Origin: Limisphaerales bacterium
GTDB lineage: Bacteria > Verrucomicrobiota > Verrucomicrobiia > Limisphaerales > UBA9464
Direction: 5' to 3'
DNA: 64,000 nucleotides
NCBI GenBank assembly: GCA_965283655.1
Contig: CBDIPJ010000015.1
Span: forward strand, 39,339 to 103,338
Below are positions 1-8,515 of this stretch, piece by piece. Both the position numbers and the translations under genes were made by a program. The notes under the pieces were generated by a model. The model was not told where the DNA came from, searched no databases, and saw only the letters and a program-made list of their open reading frames with translations. Every line of letters begins with the position of its first letter. Position 1 is the stretch's first letter.

Positions 1-184
1 GCCCGCCCTTGCGGGCACCTGCGGCGGTGTCGAGGAGGAGTTCGCCCTTCCTTGCCGTCGGCCCGTGGCACAGGACGCACTGGCGCGCCAACAATGGCTT
101 GATGTCCCGGGCATAGTCGGGAGCCGCGCTGACCGCGGTGGTCAGGGCCAGACTGGCGGCCAATGAAGCGAATCGACGGGGCAC
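1..184 (-). CDS. PSCyt (planctomycete cytochrome c) domain protein, N-terminal fragment leaving the window
   Basis: The reverse strand from GTG at 184 reads VPRRFASLAASLALTTAVSA-APDYARDIKPLLARQCVLCHGPTARKGELLLDT. This is a signal peptide followed by a CxxCH motif of the same type as in the 8516-11920 protein. It is absent from the ORF track because it has no stop in the window. Confidence 0.5.
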   Translation of the reverse strand, partial: MPRRFASLAASLALTTAVSAAPDYARDIKPLLARQCVLCHGPTARKGELLLDTAAGARKGG

Positions 185-355
185 GACTGCAAGGGTGCCA
201 CCGGGAGCAATCCCGGCAAACAGGGAAAATGGGTTCCGCGTTGCTGCGCCTTTTGAAGGGGAGGTGCGGAGCACCGGCAGAAGGCAGGCCACGGCGTCGG
301 CCGTGTGAAGGGAGTCTTTCGCCCCGCTGGGGCTGGTTCTTCATCGCGCGCAAGA

Positions 356-375
356 CCCACGACTGACGCCGTGGG
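356..375. repeat. Family C hairpin core, inverted copy (cccacgactgacgccgtggg)
   Basis: Reverse-oriented, 1-mismatch copy of CCCACGGCGTCAGCCGTGGG. The same core occurs at 5446, 6206, 62490 and 63292, with flanking similarity (gatagcccacgg). Confidence 0.8.
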
Positions 376-598
376 CTATCCTCTTTCGGCCCTCTGGACC
401 TGGGGCCGCAGCGAGTCGGGCTCCGCTGACTCCAAACTTGGAAGTTCAACAAGGCGGAGGCCCCGCCGCGTCCGCGGCTGCGATCTACCGATTGGTTGTA
501 ATCCCTGCCGTCGGAAGCTGTGGTACCGGATTGTCGGCCTGGGCTCCTGTCCGGGCGGACGCTGTTTGAAATCCCCTGAATCCCCAATCAGACATCCG

Positions 599-3217
599 AT
601 GAAACGTTCCAAGACATTCCCCCACCGGCGGCGATGGGCGGCGCTCCTGGCGGTGGCGGCCCTGTTCCCCACCCTCGAAACCATGGAGGCGGCGCCGGGC
701 ACGGTGGTTCCGTACATCAAGGTGGATCAATTCGGTTACCTGCCCGAGATGCGCAAGGTGGCCGTGATCGCTGATCCTCAGGCCGGCTTGAATGCCGCCG
801 AGGCCTTCAACCCCGCCACCGGGATCGGCCAGTATCAGGTCCGCCGTTGGGCCGATGATGGCGTCGTCCAGTCCGGAACACTGGTGCCGTGGAAAGCTGG
901 CGTCACCCATGCACAATCGGGCGACCGGGGATGGCACCTGGACTTCAGCGCGTTGGTCACCCCGGGATCGTATTACCTCTACGACACCGTCAACCAGGTG
1001 GGTTCCGGTCGATTCGACATCGGGCCATCGGTCTACGACGCCGTGCTGCGTCAGGCCGTGCGGATGTACTTCTTCCAGCGGGTGAACTTCGCCAAGGCGG
1101 TGCCCTTCGTCGGTGCGAAGTGGACGGACGCCGCCGCCTACGAAGGTCCCAACCAGGATCGCGCCGCGACGAGCCGCTGGGCCAAGGGAGATCCCGCGAC
1201 CGCCCGGAACCTCTCGGGTGGGTGGATGGATGCCGGTGATTCGAACAAGTACACCACCTTCGCCCAAGGGGCAGTGCTTCAGCTCCTCGAAGCCTATCGC
1301 GCGAACCCGCTCGTGTTCGCGGACGACTTTGGCATCCCGGAATCCGGGAACGGCGTTCCGGACCTGCTCGACGAGGTCCAGTGGGAACTGGAGTTCCTGA
1401 AGCGCATGCAGGACGCCACGGCGACGGGCGGATTGCTGCTGAAGGTGGGGTTGGACACCTACGACGGCGAGGTGACGCCGCCGAGCAGCGATCGGCGCCC
1501 GCGCTATTACCTCCCGGAGTGCACGTCCTCGACGCTCGCCGGCAGCGCGATGTTTGCCGCCGCGGGGGTGGTCTACCAAGGGGTGGCGGGTCGCGAAGCC
1601 TTCGGGGCCGATCTCATCCAGCGCGCCGAAGCCGCGTGGAACCGGGCGCGTGTGACGACGTCCGACTTCACGGTGTTCCAGACCCAGTGCGATGACGGAA
1701 ACATCAAGTCCGGGGACGCCGACGTGGACGCTGCGGGACAGGTCGGCAGCGCGGTCATCGCTGCGGTCCATCTCTACGAGGCCACGGGGAAGGTGGAGTA
1801 CCGGACGTTCGTTGAGTCGAACTACACGCGCACCCAGCCCATGAGCATTGCGTGGTGGGGACCTTACTGGCACCCGACGCAGGTTGCCCTGCTGCGGTTC
1901 GCTGCCCTCCCGGGTGTGACGCCCTCGGTGGCGTCCGCGATCCGCACCCAGAAGGCCGGTCAGACCGGGGTGATGTCCGTCTCCGACCTGAGCGCTGGCA
2001 CGGATCTTTACCGGGCGTTCGTGCCCGATGCGCAGTTCCACTGGGGACACAACCAGGTGCGATCGGATATCGGGAACCTGAACCTCGATTTCGTCCGGTT
2101 TGGCATCGTGACGGCGGGAACGGCCGTCTACGAGGAGGTCGCCCAGCAACACCTGCACTGGTTGCACGGATGCAACCCGCTGGGCCTGGTCATGCTCAGC
2201 AACATGGCGGAGTTCGGGGCCGAGTCGTCGGTGCGCGAGATCTACCACACATGGTTCGCCCACGGTTCCATCTGGGACAATGCGGTGACCTCACCCAATG
2301 GCCCGGCTCCCGGTTATCTCGTGGGTGGACCGAACCGTTCCTATAGCGGGAACGTCGCCGGGATCGTGAACCAACCGCCCCAGAAGGCGTATCGCGATTG
2401 GAATACAGGCTGGCCCGAGAACTCATGGGAACTGAGCGAACCCGCGATCTATTCGCAGGCCGCCTACGTGCAGTTGCTGTCGCGCCTGATGCCGCGTGTT
2501 CCAGTGGATCTGCAGCCGCCCACGGTCCCGACGGGGCTGGTGGCTTCGGAGATCACCGGCAGTTCCGCCGTGGTGCGCTGGACCGCTTCCACGGACAACG
2601 TGAGGGTGGTGGCCTACGACGTGTACCTGGGGACGACCCTGAAGGCGGCCGACGTCCGCACCACGAGCACGACGTTGTCCGGATTGAGCTGTGGGACTTC
2701 CTATTCGGTCACGGTGCGGGCGCGCGATGCGGCAGGAAACACTTCCGCCCCGGGAGCCGCGCTGGCGTTGCGGACGACGGACTGCCCGCCGCCCGAGCGT
2801 GTGGTGTACGGGGACGCGCTGGCGTCCGGATGGTCCGACTGGTCGTGGGCCTGCACGCGCACATTCGCCAACACGAGTCCGGTCCGCACGGGAGCTCGTT
2901 CGATCCGGCTGAGCTACGGAGCGTGGGGCGGATTCTCGCTGCGGCATTCCGCCGGCATTCCGGCCACGGCGACGACGGCGGTCCGGTTCTGGGTCTACAG
3001 CGCGGTGGCGGCGCCGCTGAAGGTGACGGTGCAGACTGCGGACAGTGGGCCGGAATCCGGCTTCCACCTCGTGTCAGTGCCGGCGAATGCGTGGACCGAG
3101 GTCACGGTAACGCGCGCCCAGTTGGGGAACCCGGCGGTCATTCGCAGGATCAATCTCCAACTCTACCAGGCGGCCCCATGGACCGCCTTCGTGGACGAGA
3201 TCCGCATCCTTCCTTGA
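599..3217 (+). CDS. Secreted glycoside hydrolase family 9 (endoglucanase-like) with N-terminal Ig-like, Fn3 and C-terminal carbohydrate-binding-like domains
   Basis: ATG at 599 gives the signal peptide MKRSKTFPHRRRWAALLAVAALFP. GH9 motifs are GGWMDAGDSNKYT, HWGHNQVRSD, GYLVGGPN and WELSEPAIYSQAAY. An Fn3-like segment is VVRWTASTDNVRVVAYDVY. The 305 start in the ORF track overlaps the repeat region. Confidence 0.85.
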   Translation: MKRSKTFPHRRRWAALLAVAALFPTLETMEAAPGTVVPYIKVDQFGYLPEMRKVAVIADPQAGLNAAEAFNPATGIGQYQVRRWADDGVVQSGTLVPWKAGVTHAQSGDRGWHLDFSALVTPGSYYLYDTVNQVGSGRFDIGPSVYDAVLRQAVRMYFFQRVNFAKAVPFVGAKWTDAAAYEGPNQDRAATSRWAKGDPATARNLSGGWMDAGDSNKYTTFAQGAVLQLLEAYRANPLVFADDFGIPESGNGVPDLLDEVQWELEFLKRMQDATATGGLLLKVGLDTYDGEVTPPSSDRRPRYYLPECTSSTLAGSAMFAAAGVVYQGVAGREAFGADLIQRAEAAWNRARVTTSDFTVFQTQCDDGNIKSGDADVDAAGQVGSAVIAAVHLYEATGKVEYRTFVESNYTRTQPMSIAWWGPYWHPTQVALLRFAALPGVTPSVASAIRTQKAGQTGVMSVSDLSAGTDLYRAFVPDAQFHWGHNQVRSDIGNLNLDFVRFGIVTAGTAVYEEVAQQHLHWLHGCNPLGLVMLSNMAEFGAESSVREIYHTWFAHGSIWDNAVTSPNGPAPGYLVGGPNRSYSGNVAGIVNQPPQKAYRDWNTGWPENSWELSEPAIYSQAAYVQLLSRLMPRVPVDLQPPTVPTGLVASEITGSSAVVRWTASTDNVRVVAYDVYLGTTLKAADVRTTSTTLSGLSCGTSYSVTVRARDAAGNTSAPGAALALRTTDCPPPERVVYGDALASGWSDWSWACTRTFANTSPVRTGARSIRLSYGAWGGFSLRHSAGIPATATTAVRFWVYSAVAAPLKVTVQTADSGPESGFHLVSVPANAWTEVTVTRAQLGNPAVIRRINLQLYQAAPWTAFVDEIRILP

Positions 3218-3229
3218 ACGCGGCCGGGA

Positions 3230-5206
3230 ATGTGGTGGACAGCACGACCCGCGGCCGGGTCGGATGTCTCCATGATCCCGGGATTCTGGTGGCGTTGGAT
3301 GGCGTGGGCCGGTTGCCTGGCGGCAGCGTGGGGGTTGCACGCCCAGGCACCTGCCCGTGGGGTCGTGTCGGTGCCCGAGGCCGAGCGCGTCGTGTTGGAG
3401 GAGGAGGCCACCCGGTTGTTCGGCGTGATGTTCGAACTGATCAATACGCCCGGTGTGCGGCATGAGTTGCTGCCCGACGTTGCCATCTTCCACAAGGCCG
3501 TCGATTGGGCGCTGCGTTTCGACGAGTTCCAGCACACGAACGAGATCGCCGAGGCGCATCGGATGCTGCAGGTCGGCATGGAACGCGCCGAAGCATTGCG
3601 CGCGGGACGGCCCGACTGGTTGATGCGCACGGGACTGGTCGTGCGCGGCTATCTGTCCCGGGTCGACGGCTCCATCCAACCGTATGGCGTGGTTGTGGGC
3701 GGGGGGTATCGTCCGGGCGGACGGCTCGATGTCTGGCTGCACGGGCGCGATGAGAAGTTGACGGAACTGCGATTCTTGCGGGACCGGATGAAGTCCGTGG
3801 GCGAATTCGCGCCGCAGGATGCGGTGGTTGTCCACCCGTACGGTCGGTTCTGCAATGCGTTCAAGTTCGCGGGAGAGACCGACGTCATGGAGGCGATGGA
3901 GCATGCGACCCGGGCCTATGGCGCAGATCCGGCGCGGCGGGCCATCCGCGGGTTCTCGATGGGAGGGGGAGGAACGTGGCATCTGGCCGCGCATCATCCC
4001 GGGTTGTGGCGTGCGGCCGCACCGGGCGCAGGATTCGCCGAGACGGCCGAGTATACGGGTATCCTGCAGAAGGAACCCGATCTGCCCGTCTGGGAGCAAC
4101 GCCTGTGGCGATGGTACAACGCCACCGAATACGCGGCGAACCTGCGTCAGGTGCCCCTGGTCGCCTACAGCGGCGAGAAGGATCGGCAGATCCAGGCCGC
4201 GCTGGTCATGGAACGTGCCCTGCGGGCGGAGGGACTGACGTTGGATCACGTCATCGGACCGGGCGTGGAACACAAATATGAACCGGGCGCCAAACGCGAG
4301 GTGGCCCGCCGCGTGGATGCCCTGATGTCCAAGCCCTCGCCTGATTTGCCGGCACTGGACCTGACGACGTACACCCTGCGGTTTCCGGCGGGGGAAGGTT
4401 CGGTCTGGGCGCGGTTCGAGGGATTGAAGCAACACTGGGAACGCGCCCGGTTGAGGGCACGGGTTGAGGCGGGGAATGTCGTCGTTGTGGAGACCGAGGG
4501 CGTCACGGCGTTCTCCCTGCGTCGGCCGCCTGGAGTATCAGACGGTTCCTTCACGGTGGTAGCAGACGGTCAGAGGATCCTGATTGCAGCGAAGGATGCG
4601 TCGGCGGATCGATGGCGATTCGGGCAAGGGGAGGGACGCTGGCACATCGAGGACGGACGAGCCAACGCCGCGGGCAAGCGTCCGGGACTTCAAGGCCCCC
4701 TCGATGACGCCTTTCTGGACGCCTTCCTCGTGGTGGTGCCGACGGGGACCACGTCCGGTGCCGTGGATGCCTGGGTGGATCGCCAGTGGCGCCAGTTCAC
4801 GAATGATTGGCGGGGGCAGTTCCGCGGCGAATGCCGTGTGGTGAAGGACGTCGACGTCACGGCCGAGGATCTCCGGGACCACCACGTGGTCGTCTGGGGA
4901 ACACCGAAAAGCAATCGGTTGTTGGCACGGATGGCCCGCAAGCTCCCGTTGGTCTGGGACGGCGAAAGCGTCCGGCACGGCAAACGGGAAGTGGCGCGTG
5001 GAAATGTCGTTCCCGTCCTCATCGCACCCAATCCGCTGAGCCCGGACCGCTACGTGGTGGTGAACAGCGGCCATACCTTCGCGTCCTGGGATGGAACCAA
5101 TGCCCGCCAGACCCCGCGGCTCCCGGATTGGGCGGTGCTGGCCCTGGAGGGCGACGGCGGGTCCCGTGTGCTCGACGCCGGATTCTTCGGGGAAGATTGG
5201 CGGTAG
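3230..5206 (+). CDS. Secreted alpha/beta-hydrolase fold protein (peptidase/esterase-like)
   Basis: 658-aa ORF with an N-terminal hydrophobic signal and a GFSMGGGGTW nucleophile-elbow (GxSxG). The start could be a downstream Met (MIPGFWW). Confidence 0.6.
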   Translation: MWWTARPAAGSDVSMIPGFWWRWMAWAGCLAAAWGLHAQAPARGVVSVPEAERVVLEEEATRLFGVMFELINTPGVRHELLPDVAIFHKAVDWALRFDEFQHTNEIAEAHRMLQVGMERAEALRAGRPDWLMRTGLVVRGYLSRVDGSIQPYGVVVGGGYRPGGRLDVWLHGRDEKLTELRFLRDRMKSVGEFAPQDAVVVHPYGRFCNAFKFAGETDVMEAMEHATRAYGADPARRAIRGFSMGGGGTWHLAAHHPGLWRAAAPGAGFAETAEYTGILQKEPDLPVWEQRLWRWYNATEYAANLRQVPLVAYSGEKDRQIQAALVMERALRAEGLTLDHVIGPGVEHKYEPGAKREVARRVDALMSKPSPDLPALDLTTYTLRFPAGEGSVWARFEGLKQHWERARLRARVEAGNVVVVETEGVTAFSLRRPPGVSDGSFTVVADGQRILIAAKDASADRWRFGQGEGRWHIEDGRANAAGKRPGLQGPLDDAFLDAFLVVVPTGTTSGAVDAWVDRQWRQFTNDWRGQFRGECRVVKDVDVTAEDLRDHHVVVWGTPKSNRLLARMARKLPLVWDGESVRHGKREVARGNVVPVLIAPNPLSPDRYVVVNSGHTFASWDGTNARQTPRLPDWAVLALEGDGGSRVLDAGFFGEDWR

Positions 5207-5220
5207 CGCTGGGCCGGAGA

Positions 5221-5640
5221 GGGAGACAATGGGGTCGTGTCCATAAAATTTACATTTCGGTCATTGGCGGCCGCTGTGCAGGCAAATGTATAATGTATAG
5301 ACGCGACCCCATTGCCTTGCAGATGTGGCCTCCCGCGAAGCCGCGAAGGCCGCGAAGAATGGCCGGACTGAGGCTGTTTCCATCCCCACGTTTCCGCGCG
5401 CAATCCTCGCTGCCGCGACAGGTGCGGAGCACCGACAGACGATAGCCCACGGCGTCAGCCGTGGGTTCACGTCCCAGATCGAAACCAGCCCCGGACGGGG
5501 CGACAGAAGTCGTCGTCCACTGCACAGACTCTTCAACCGTCCCACGCCCTCCCACTGCTGCAGTCGTTCGTGCGCTTGGTGGTTCAGCGAAGGTTCATTT
5601 TGAAGACCACGAATTTCACGAATGGCACGAAAGGAGCGGG
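5221..5640. repeat. Composite intergenic repeat, copy A (foldback D + family C module + cacgaatttcacgaatggcacgaaa module)
   Basis: Collinear with 5924-6412. It contains the foldback 5228-5313 (AATGGGGTCGTGTCCATAAAATTTACATTT / AAATGTATAATGTATAGACGCGACCCCATT) and the family C core at 5446-5465. Confidence 0.85.
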
Positions 5641-5643
5641 ACA

Positions 5644-5723
5644 GGATGACGGGATGACAGGATGACAGGATGACAGGATGACGGGATGACGGGATGACGG
5701 GATGACGGGATGACGGGATGGGG
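5644..5723. repeat. Octanucleotide microsatellite (GGATGACR), about 9 units plus a degenerate one
   Basis: Direct reading gives ggatgacg ggatgaca x3 ggatgacg x5 ggatgggg. The paralogous position in copy B has only 2-3 units. Confidence 0.9.
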
Positions 5724-5923
5724 CGGGGCGGCCACAACCGCGTTGCGGTTGGGTTCGCTTGGGGCGTTGACCCAGGGTAGGCCTCGTTCCTCGGCCAACC
5801 CTCGGCTGGGGGGCGCAACGCCGTTGGCGTTGGGGTGGCTGCGCGGGGGGCATAATCCGTTCGCTGTCCCTACTTGCGCCCGTTTCCGTTTCGTTCGGCA
5901 GCCACCCCTTTGGTTTCGGAGAC

Positions 5924-6436
5924 GGGGAGACAATGGGGTCGCGTCTATAAATTGTACATTTCGTCACAGCGGGCCGGTGTGCGGGCAAATGTATAATATA
6001 TAGACGCGACCCCATTGCCTTGGTTCCCGTCCCCTTTGCGGCTTGGAGGCTTGGCGGCTTATTCGGCCTTTCCCCTTCACGGAAAGTCGGGGTTTGAAAA
6101 GCCGCGAAGGCCGCCAAGAGTTGCCGGACTGAGGCTGGTTCCATCCCACGTTTCCGCGCGCAATCCTCGCTGCCGCGACAGGTGCGGAGCACCGACAGAC
6201 GATAGCCCACGGCGTCAGCCGTGGGTTCACGTCCCAGATCGAAACCAGCCCCGGACGGGGCGAAAGAAACCGTCGTCCACCGCACGCCCTCTTCACCGGT
6301 CCCACGCCCTCCCACTGCTGCAGTCGTTCGTGTCATTCGTGCGCTTGGTGGTTCAGCGAAGCCTCCTTTTCCTGACCACGAATTTCACGAATGGCACGAA
6401 ATGAGGCGGACGGGATGACAGGATGACGGGATGTCG
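5924..6436. repeat. Composite intergenic repeat, copy B, ending in a short GGATGACR run (6413-6436) just upstream of ruvB
   Basis: Same module order as 5221-5640: foldback 5932-6016, family C core 6206-6225, then the cacgaatttcacgaatggcacgaaa module. Confidence 0.85.
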
Positions 6437-6499
6437 TGGGGATTCTCTGCATGTTCCATGCGTGACGTGGGCGTGGGCGGGAGGGCAGGATGCATGGGC

Positions 6500-7519
6500 A
6501 TGGCGGATCGGGCGATTGAAGGGTTGAACCGGCCGGACGTGGCGTTGGAACAGACGCTGCGCCCGGGCTTGTTTGCGGACTTTACTGGGCAGGCCAAGGT
6601 CAAGGAGCGACTGGAGATCGCCGTGACCGCGGCGCGACTGCGCTCGGAGGCGCTGGACCACGTGTTGTTGTGCGGTCCCCCGGGGCTCGGCAAGACGACG
6701 ATCGCGAACATCCTGGCCAAGGCGATGGGCACGACGTTGCGCGCCACCAGCGGTCCGACGATCGAGAAGGCGTCCGATCTGGCCGGCCTGCTGACGAACC
6801 TGGAGGCGGGCGACATCCTCTTCATCGACGAGATCCACCGGTTGCAGAAGACCGTGGAAGAGTATCTGTACTCGGCCATGGAGGATTACCGGATCGACAT
6901 CATCATCGATCAGGGGCCCAACGCGCGTTCGGTCCAGTTGACGATTCCGCGGTTCACGCTGGTCGGTGCGACGACGCGCAGCGGGTTGTTGAGCGCGCCG
7001 TTGCTGACGCGTTTCGGGATCCGCGAGCGACTGGATTACTACACGGCGGAGCAGTTGCAGAGCATCGTCCAGCGCAGTGGCGGCTTGCTGAAGGTGGGCA
7101 TCGATACGGCCGGCGCGCTGGAAATCGCGCGTCGCAGCCGGGGAACGCCGCGCATCGCGAACAACCTGCTGCGCCGGGTGCGGGATTACGCCCAGGTGCG
7201 GGGCGATGGCCGGATCGACGGGCCGTTGGCGGATCGCGCGTTGGCGATGCTGGAGATCGACCAGAACGGGCTCGATGAAATGGACAAGCGGATCCTCGAA
7301 ACCATCGTGGTGAAGTTCGGCGGCGGACCGGTGGGTGTGAACTCGATGGCGGTTGCCGTGGGTGAGGAACCGGACACGATCGAGGAAGTGTACGAGCCCT
7401 ACCTGATCATGGAGGGATACCTGAACCGGACCCCGCAGGGGCGCGTGGCGACCGAATTGGCCTACAAGAAGCTCGGATTGAAGTTCATGAGCACCGGGAC
7501 GCAGTCGCGGCTGATCTGA
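6500..7519 (+). CDS. ruvB: Holliday junction branch migration DNA helicase RuvB
   Basis: [23 protein letters not shown]..., Walker [10 protein letters not shown], Walker [10 protein letters not shown], and the RuvB C-terminal winged-helix region. The start is ATG at 6494 or 6500; the 6431 start lies in the repeat. Confidence 0.95.
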   Translation: MADRAIEGLNRPDVALEQTLRPGLFADFTGQAKVKERLEIAVTAARLRSEALDHVLLCGPPGLGKTTIANILAKAMGTTLRATSGPTIEKASDLAGLLTNLEAGDILFIDEIHRLQKTVEEYLYSAMEDYRIDIIIDQGPNARSVQLTIPRFTLVGATTRSGLLSAPLLTRFGIRERLDYYTAEQLQSIVQRSGGLLKVGIDTAGALEIARRSRGTPRIANNLLRRVRDYAQVRGDGRIDGPLADRALAMLEIDQNGLDEMDKRILETIVVKFGGGPVGVNSMAVAVGEEPDTIEEVYEPYLIMEGYLNRTPQGRVATELAYKKLGLKFMSTGTQSRLI

Positions 7520-7546
7520 GCCCTCGGCGACAGTGGGAGGCGGGAT

Positions 7547-8509
7547 TCAGGGTGCCAACGAGACCCCGTAGACGCGTTCCCCGTTTGTCCGAAGGCAGCG
7601 ATGGGCAACGGATGCACCGCGGGCCTCGACAAGACTGCGGGCGATCCCCACGACGCGGTCCAACGGTGCGAACAGGGCGGACACGGGCCAGTTGGAGCCG
7701 AAGATCAACCGCTCCGGGCCAAACCGATCCCACAGGGCATTGAACACCGGCGCGTAGAACGAGGGATCGTCGGGCGCGGTGCCGTCCTTGCGTCCGGTTC
7801 CTTCGACCAGGCCGGAGAACTTGCAGTGGACATGAGCGTGTCGCGCGCAGCGGTCCATCCCGTCCAGCCATGCCTTCGGCGGGGCCTTTCCGTCGATGGG
7901 AAGATTCGCGCAATGGTCGATGACAATCTGGGTCTGCACACCTTCGGCGGCGATGGACGGGTAGTCCTTCTGGGCGGCGAGGATTTCGACCTGGTCGAGG
8001 CGGTCAGGACCAACGAGGACTTCAATGAGCCCTCCCACGCCCATGACATGGCGGCAGTCTTCGAGGAATCCAGGTTTTGCTGTATCGAGCGGACCATCCC
8101 AGCCCCCCGTGCGGAAGCCGCGGAAGGCGAGGTCGGCGCCGTCGCGCCGGAGGTTTTCGGCGAAGCCCGGAGTTCCCGGCTTGAGGTGACCCACAAGTCC
8201 GCGGAGGAACGGATGCTGGGGGATCAGCCCGAGGACCCAGGCGTTATCGGTTTCGTCGGGACTGGCTTCGACCACCACGGTACCGGCGATGCCCAGCGGT
8301 TCCGCGATGCGCTGGAACTCGGGGGGAAGGACGGGTCGGTAAAGGCGGGGTTCCGACGCGGGTGGCCACTTCACGCCGCCGGGGCGGGTGGGGTCATAGA
8401 AGTGGGTGTGGGTGTCGAGGATGCGGATCGGCGAGGGGCGTGCGTTGGAGCAGCCCCCCAGCAGCGCGGTGGAAGCGAGACCGAGGCAGAAGGAGCGGCG
8501 TGTGGTCAC
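7547..8509 (-). CDS. Tat-signal lipoprotein, amidohydrolase_2-type metal-dependent hydrolase (lactonase/decarboxylase-like TIM barrel)
   Basis: The N-terminus MTTRRSFCLGLASTALLGGCS carries a twin-arginine motif and a lipobox. Family motifs are ILDTHTHFYDP, VIDHCAN, KFSG and GSNWPV. Confidence 0.75.
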   Translation of the reverse strand: MTTRRSFCLGLASTALLGGCSNARPSPIRILDTHTHFYDPTRPGGVKWPPASEPRLYRPVLPPEFQRIAEPLGIAGTVVVEASPDETDNAWVLGLIPQHPFLRGLVGHLKPGTPGFAENLRRDGADLAFRGFRTGGWDGPLDTAKPGFLEDCRHVMGVGGLIEVLVGPDRLDQVEILAAQKDYPSIAAEGVQTQIVIDHCANLPIDGKAPPKAWLDGMDRCARHAHVHCKFSGLVEGTGRKDGTAPDDPSFYAPVFNALWDRFGPERLIFGSNWPVSALFAPLDRVVGIARSLVEARGASVAHRCLRTNGERVYGVSLAP

Positions 8510-8515
8510 GGTGGG

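Noticed and set aside
305-598. Upstream extensions of real genes given by the ORF track (GH9 from 305, hrpB from 20356, DsbD-like from 38654, metallophosphoesterase from 35073, 60293 for the TPR-like gene)
   Set aside because: The extensions run through repeat modules or neighbouring genes. Internal Met codons followed by signal peptides or conserved N-termini give better starts.
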